Source: Escherichia coli (GTDB taxonomy: Bacteria; Pseudomonadota; Gammaproteobacteria; Enterobacterales; Enterobacteriaceae). From it: a stretch of 64,000 nucleotides of DNA. Below the pieces are notes generated by a model that was given only the letters and a program-made list of their open reading frames with translations, was not told the DNA's origin and did no database searches. Positions 61,667-64,000 of the stretch are shown in pieces. How positions within the stretch are numbered: position 1 is the stretch's first letter; every line of letters begins with the position of its first letter. The position numbers and the translations under genes were made by a program. The DNA is taken from assembly GCF_022846255.1 (NCBI RefSeq), contig NZ_AP025682.1; one strand, given 5' to 3'.

Positions 61667-62434
61667 ATGCGACATCCTTTAGTGATGGGTAACTGGAAAC
61701 TGAACGGCAGCCGCCACATGGTTCACGAGCTGGTTTCTAACCTGCGTAAAGAGCTGGCAGGTGTTGCTGGCTGTGCGGTTGCAATCGCACCACCGGAAAT
61801 GTACATCGATATGGCGAAGCGTGAAGCTGAAGGCAGCCACATCATGCTGGGTGCGCAAAACGTGGACCTGAACCTGTCCGGCGCATTCACCGGTGAAACC
61901 TCTGCTGCTATGCTGAAAGACATCGGCGCACAGTACATCATCATCGGCCACTCTGAACGTCGTACTTACCACAAAGAATCTGACGAACTGATCGCGAAAA
62001 AATTCGCGGTGCTGAAAGAGCAGGGTCTGACTCCGGTTCTGTGCATCGGTGAAACCGAAGCGGAAAACGAAGCGGGCAAAACTGAAGAAGTTTGTGCACG
62101 TCAGATCGACGCGGTACTGAAAACTCAGGGTGCTGCGGCATTCGAAGGTGCGGTTATCGCTTACGAACCTGTATGGGCAATCGGTACTGGCAAATCTGCA
62201 ACTCCGGCTCAGGCACAGGCTGTTCACAAATTCATCCGTGACCACATTGCTAAAGTTGACGCTAACATCGCTGAACAAGTGATCATTCAGTACGGCGGCT
62301 CTGTAAACGCGTCTAACGCTGCAGAACTGTTTGCTCAGCCAGACATCGACGGCGCGCTGGTTGGCGGTGCTTCTCTGAAAGCTGACGCTTTCGCCGTGAT
62401 CGTTAAAGCTGCAGAAGCGGCTAAACAGGCTTAA
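61667..62434 (+). CDS. tpiA: Triosephosphate isomerase (255 aa)
   Basis: [67 protein letters not shown]... Confidence 0.97.
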
Positions 62435-62443
62435 GTCTGACAG

Positions 62444-62466
62444 GTGCCGGATTTCATATCCGGCAC
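62444..62466. terminator. Bidirectional terminator hairpin between tpiA and cdh
   Basis: GTGCCGGATTTCATATCCGGCAC perfect inverted repeat between convergent genes. Confidence 0.7.
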
Positions 62467-62488
62467 TTACTTTCCTAAACTCCTCGCC

Positions 62489-63244
62489 TTAACGCAAAAT
62501 CTCACACTGATGATCCTGGATTTCCTCGGCTGAAGCACGGTTCAGCGTCAGTAGATTTCGTTGTGTCGCCAGCAATACAAATGAGTTATCACTCTGCCGT
62601 ACCATCGCCAGCCCGTAGCTTCCCATATGTTCCCGCGCCTCAGGCACTTCTTCCGCCAGCATCATAAATGGGCTGCGTTGTACCAGTTCGCTTTCCGTTA
62701 CCCGACGCACCAGGTACTCATGCCCACGCAAACCACCTGGCAGTGGCAACCAGCGGCTACTGATGTTCGCCAGATTGTTATCCAGCTGTTCGCGCACATC
62801 AGGACGAATACAAGAAATATGAATATGAAAATGGTTTTGCGTACGCCCGGTGCGGGAGTTGATCGCCAGAGATACCGCGCGATCGGGAACAGGCTGGCCG
62901 TATTTTTGGCTCATAAAATCACGCGCCTGCCAGGCTAACCAGAAAAAATTAGGCGTTGACGGATCGGTCAACAATGGGCTTTCAGTACCGTTAATACGGT
63001 ACGTTGGCATCAACAGATATTGCAGTGGGCCATGACGATCTTTTAAAACCACGTATCCGGCGTTGGGTTTGACTTCCGCACATGGCGACGGGTTTTGGTT
63101 TTCCTGCTGGTTGGGCAAACATTGCTCAAGAACAATCTTACGTAACGTGTCTGACTCTTCACCGGTTAATTTCCAGTAACCAATACCGGCAGCCACAACG
63201 GCGATAACTATCATCACCAAAAAAAGAAGACCCGCTTTTTTCAT
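62489..63244 (-). CDS. cdh: CDP-diacylglycerol pyrophosphatase (251 aa)
   Basis: ORF 62489..63436 trimmed to [38 protein letters not shown]... Confidence 0.93.
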   Translation of the reverse strand: MKKAGLLFLVMIVIAVVAAGIGYWKLTGEESDTLRKIVLEQCLPNQQENQNPSPCAEVKPNAGYVVLKDRHGPLQYLLMPTYRINGTESPLLTDPSTPNFFWLAWQARDFMSQKYGQPVPDRAVSLAINSRTGRTQNHFHIHISCIRPDVREQLDNNLANISSRWLPLPGGLRGHEYLVRRVTESELVQRSPFMMLAEEVPEAREHMGSYGLAMVRQSDNSFVLLATQRNLLTLNRASAEEIQDHQCEILR

Positions 63245-63350
63245 CTTTTTTTCCCTGTACCTCAAAGAGATGCAAGGGTAACGCAAAATCGTGACAAATA
63301 AAAAACCCAGTCGCGAGAAACCACCGGGCTTGATAATTATCCTGGGGAAA

Positions 63351-64000
63351 TCAGCGTTTGCTGATCTGATCGAACGTACCGCCGTTAGCAAAATGCTCTT
63401 TTTGCGCTTTCGTCCAGCCGCCGAACTCTTCATCAATGGTGAATAACTTCAATTTTGGAAACGCATTTTCGTACTTTTTCGCTACCTCAGCGTCGCGCGG
63501 ACGGTAGTAGTTTTTCGCTGCAATTTCCTGACCTTCTGGCGAGTAGAGATATTTCAGGTAGGCTTCCGCCACCTCTTTGGTGTCTTTTTTCTCGACCACT
63601 TTATCGACCACCGACACGGTTGGCTCTGCGAGGATAGACTCACTCGGCGTGACGATTTCGAATTTATCTTTCCCCAGTTCATTCGCTGCCAGCAGAGCTT
63701 CATTTTCCCAGGCAATCAGTACATCGCCAATTCCGCGCTCGACAAAAGTGTTAGTGGATCCGCGCGCGCCAGAATCCAGAACTTCGACGTTTTTATACAG
63801 TGCCCGAACAAAATCCTGTGCTTTTGCCTGATCGTTGTTGTTGTGATGCAGCGCGTAGCCCCAGGCTGCCAGGTAATTCCAGCGCGCGCCACCAGAGCTT
63901 TTCGGATTAGGCGTGATCACCGAAACACCCGGTTTAATCAGATCGTTCCAGTCATGGATCTGCTTCGGATTACCCTTACGTACCAGGAAAACAATGGTGG
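63351..64000 (-). CDS. sbp: Sulfate-binding periplasmic protein Sbp; 3' part only, 5' end beyond window end
   Basis: ORF 63351..63920 C-terminus ...[21 protein letters not shown] recognised as Sbp; full protein (~329 aa) cannot fit before the window end, so the frame is expected to continue. Confidence 0.85.
   Translation of the reverse strand, partial: TIVFLVRKGNPKQIHDWNDLIKPGVSVITPNPKSSGGARWNYLAAWGYALHHNNNDQAKAQDFVRALYKNVEVLDSGARGSTNTFVERGIGDVLIAWENEALLAANELGKDKFEIVTPSESILAEPTVSVVDKVVEKKDTKEVAEAYLKYLYSPEGQEIAAKNYYRPRDAEVAKKYENAFPKLKLFTIDEEFGGWTKAQKEHFANGGTFDQISKR

Overview
This window is an Escherichia coli-type chromosomal segment running, in reverse orientation relative to K-12 numbering, from fabR/sthA/oxyR through the arg, ppc, frw/pfl, katG, met, priA, hslVU and glp loci to tpiA/cdh/sbp. 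About 60 core genes were placed by matching ORF-track translations to proteins I recognise; trimmed lengths equal the known E. coli protein lengths. No database search was run, so identifications and the comparison with K-12 MG1655 are from memory. Three segments look accessory. (1) A ~7.4 kb AT-rich insertion between metF and metL encodes three paralogous secreted UshA-family phosphoesterases, a Tsx-family outer-membrane nucleoside channel and a cytoplasmic protein with tandem CxxC zinc ribbons. This is the best candidate for an undescribed system, probably an envelope nucleotide-scavenging or nucleotide-signal-degrading module. (2) A ~3 kb insertion between oxyS and argH carries an MFS sugar-acid transporter and a ManD/RspA-like dehydratase. 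(3) A complete 1426-bp IS4 with 12-bp target duplication sits inside the rraA/zapB terminator hairpin. The oxyS sRNA, several REP/BIME clusters, Met/ARG/GlpR/CRP-type operators, a sigma32 promoter and terminators are also marked. No rRNA, tRNA, CRISPR, prophage or recognisable defence genes were seen.
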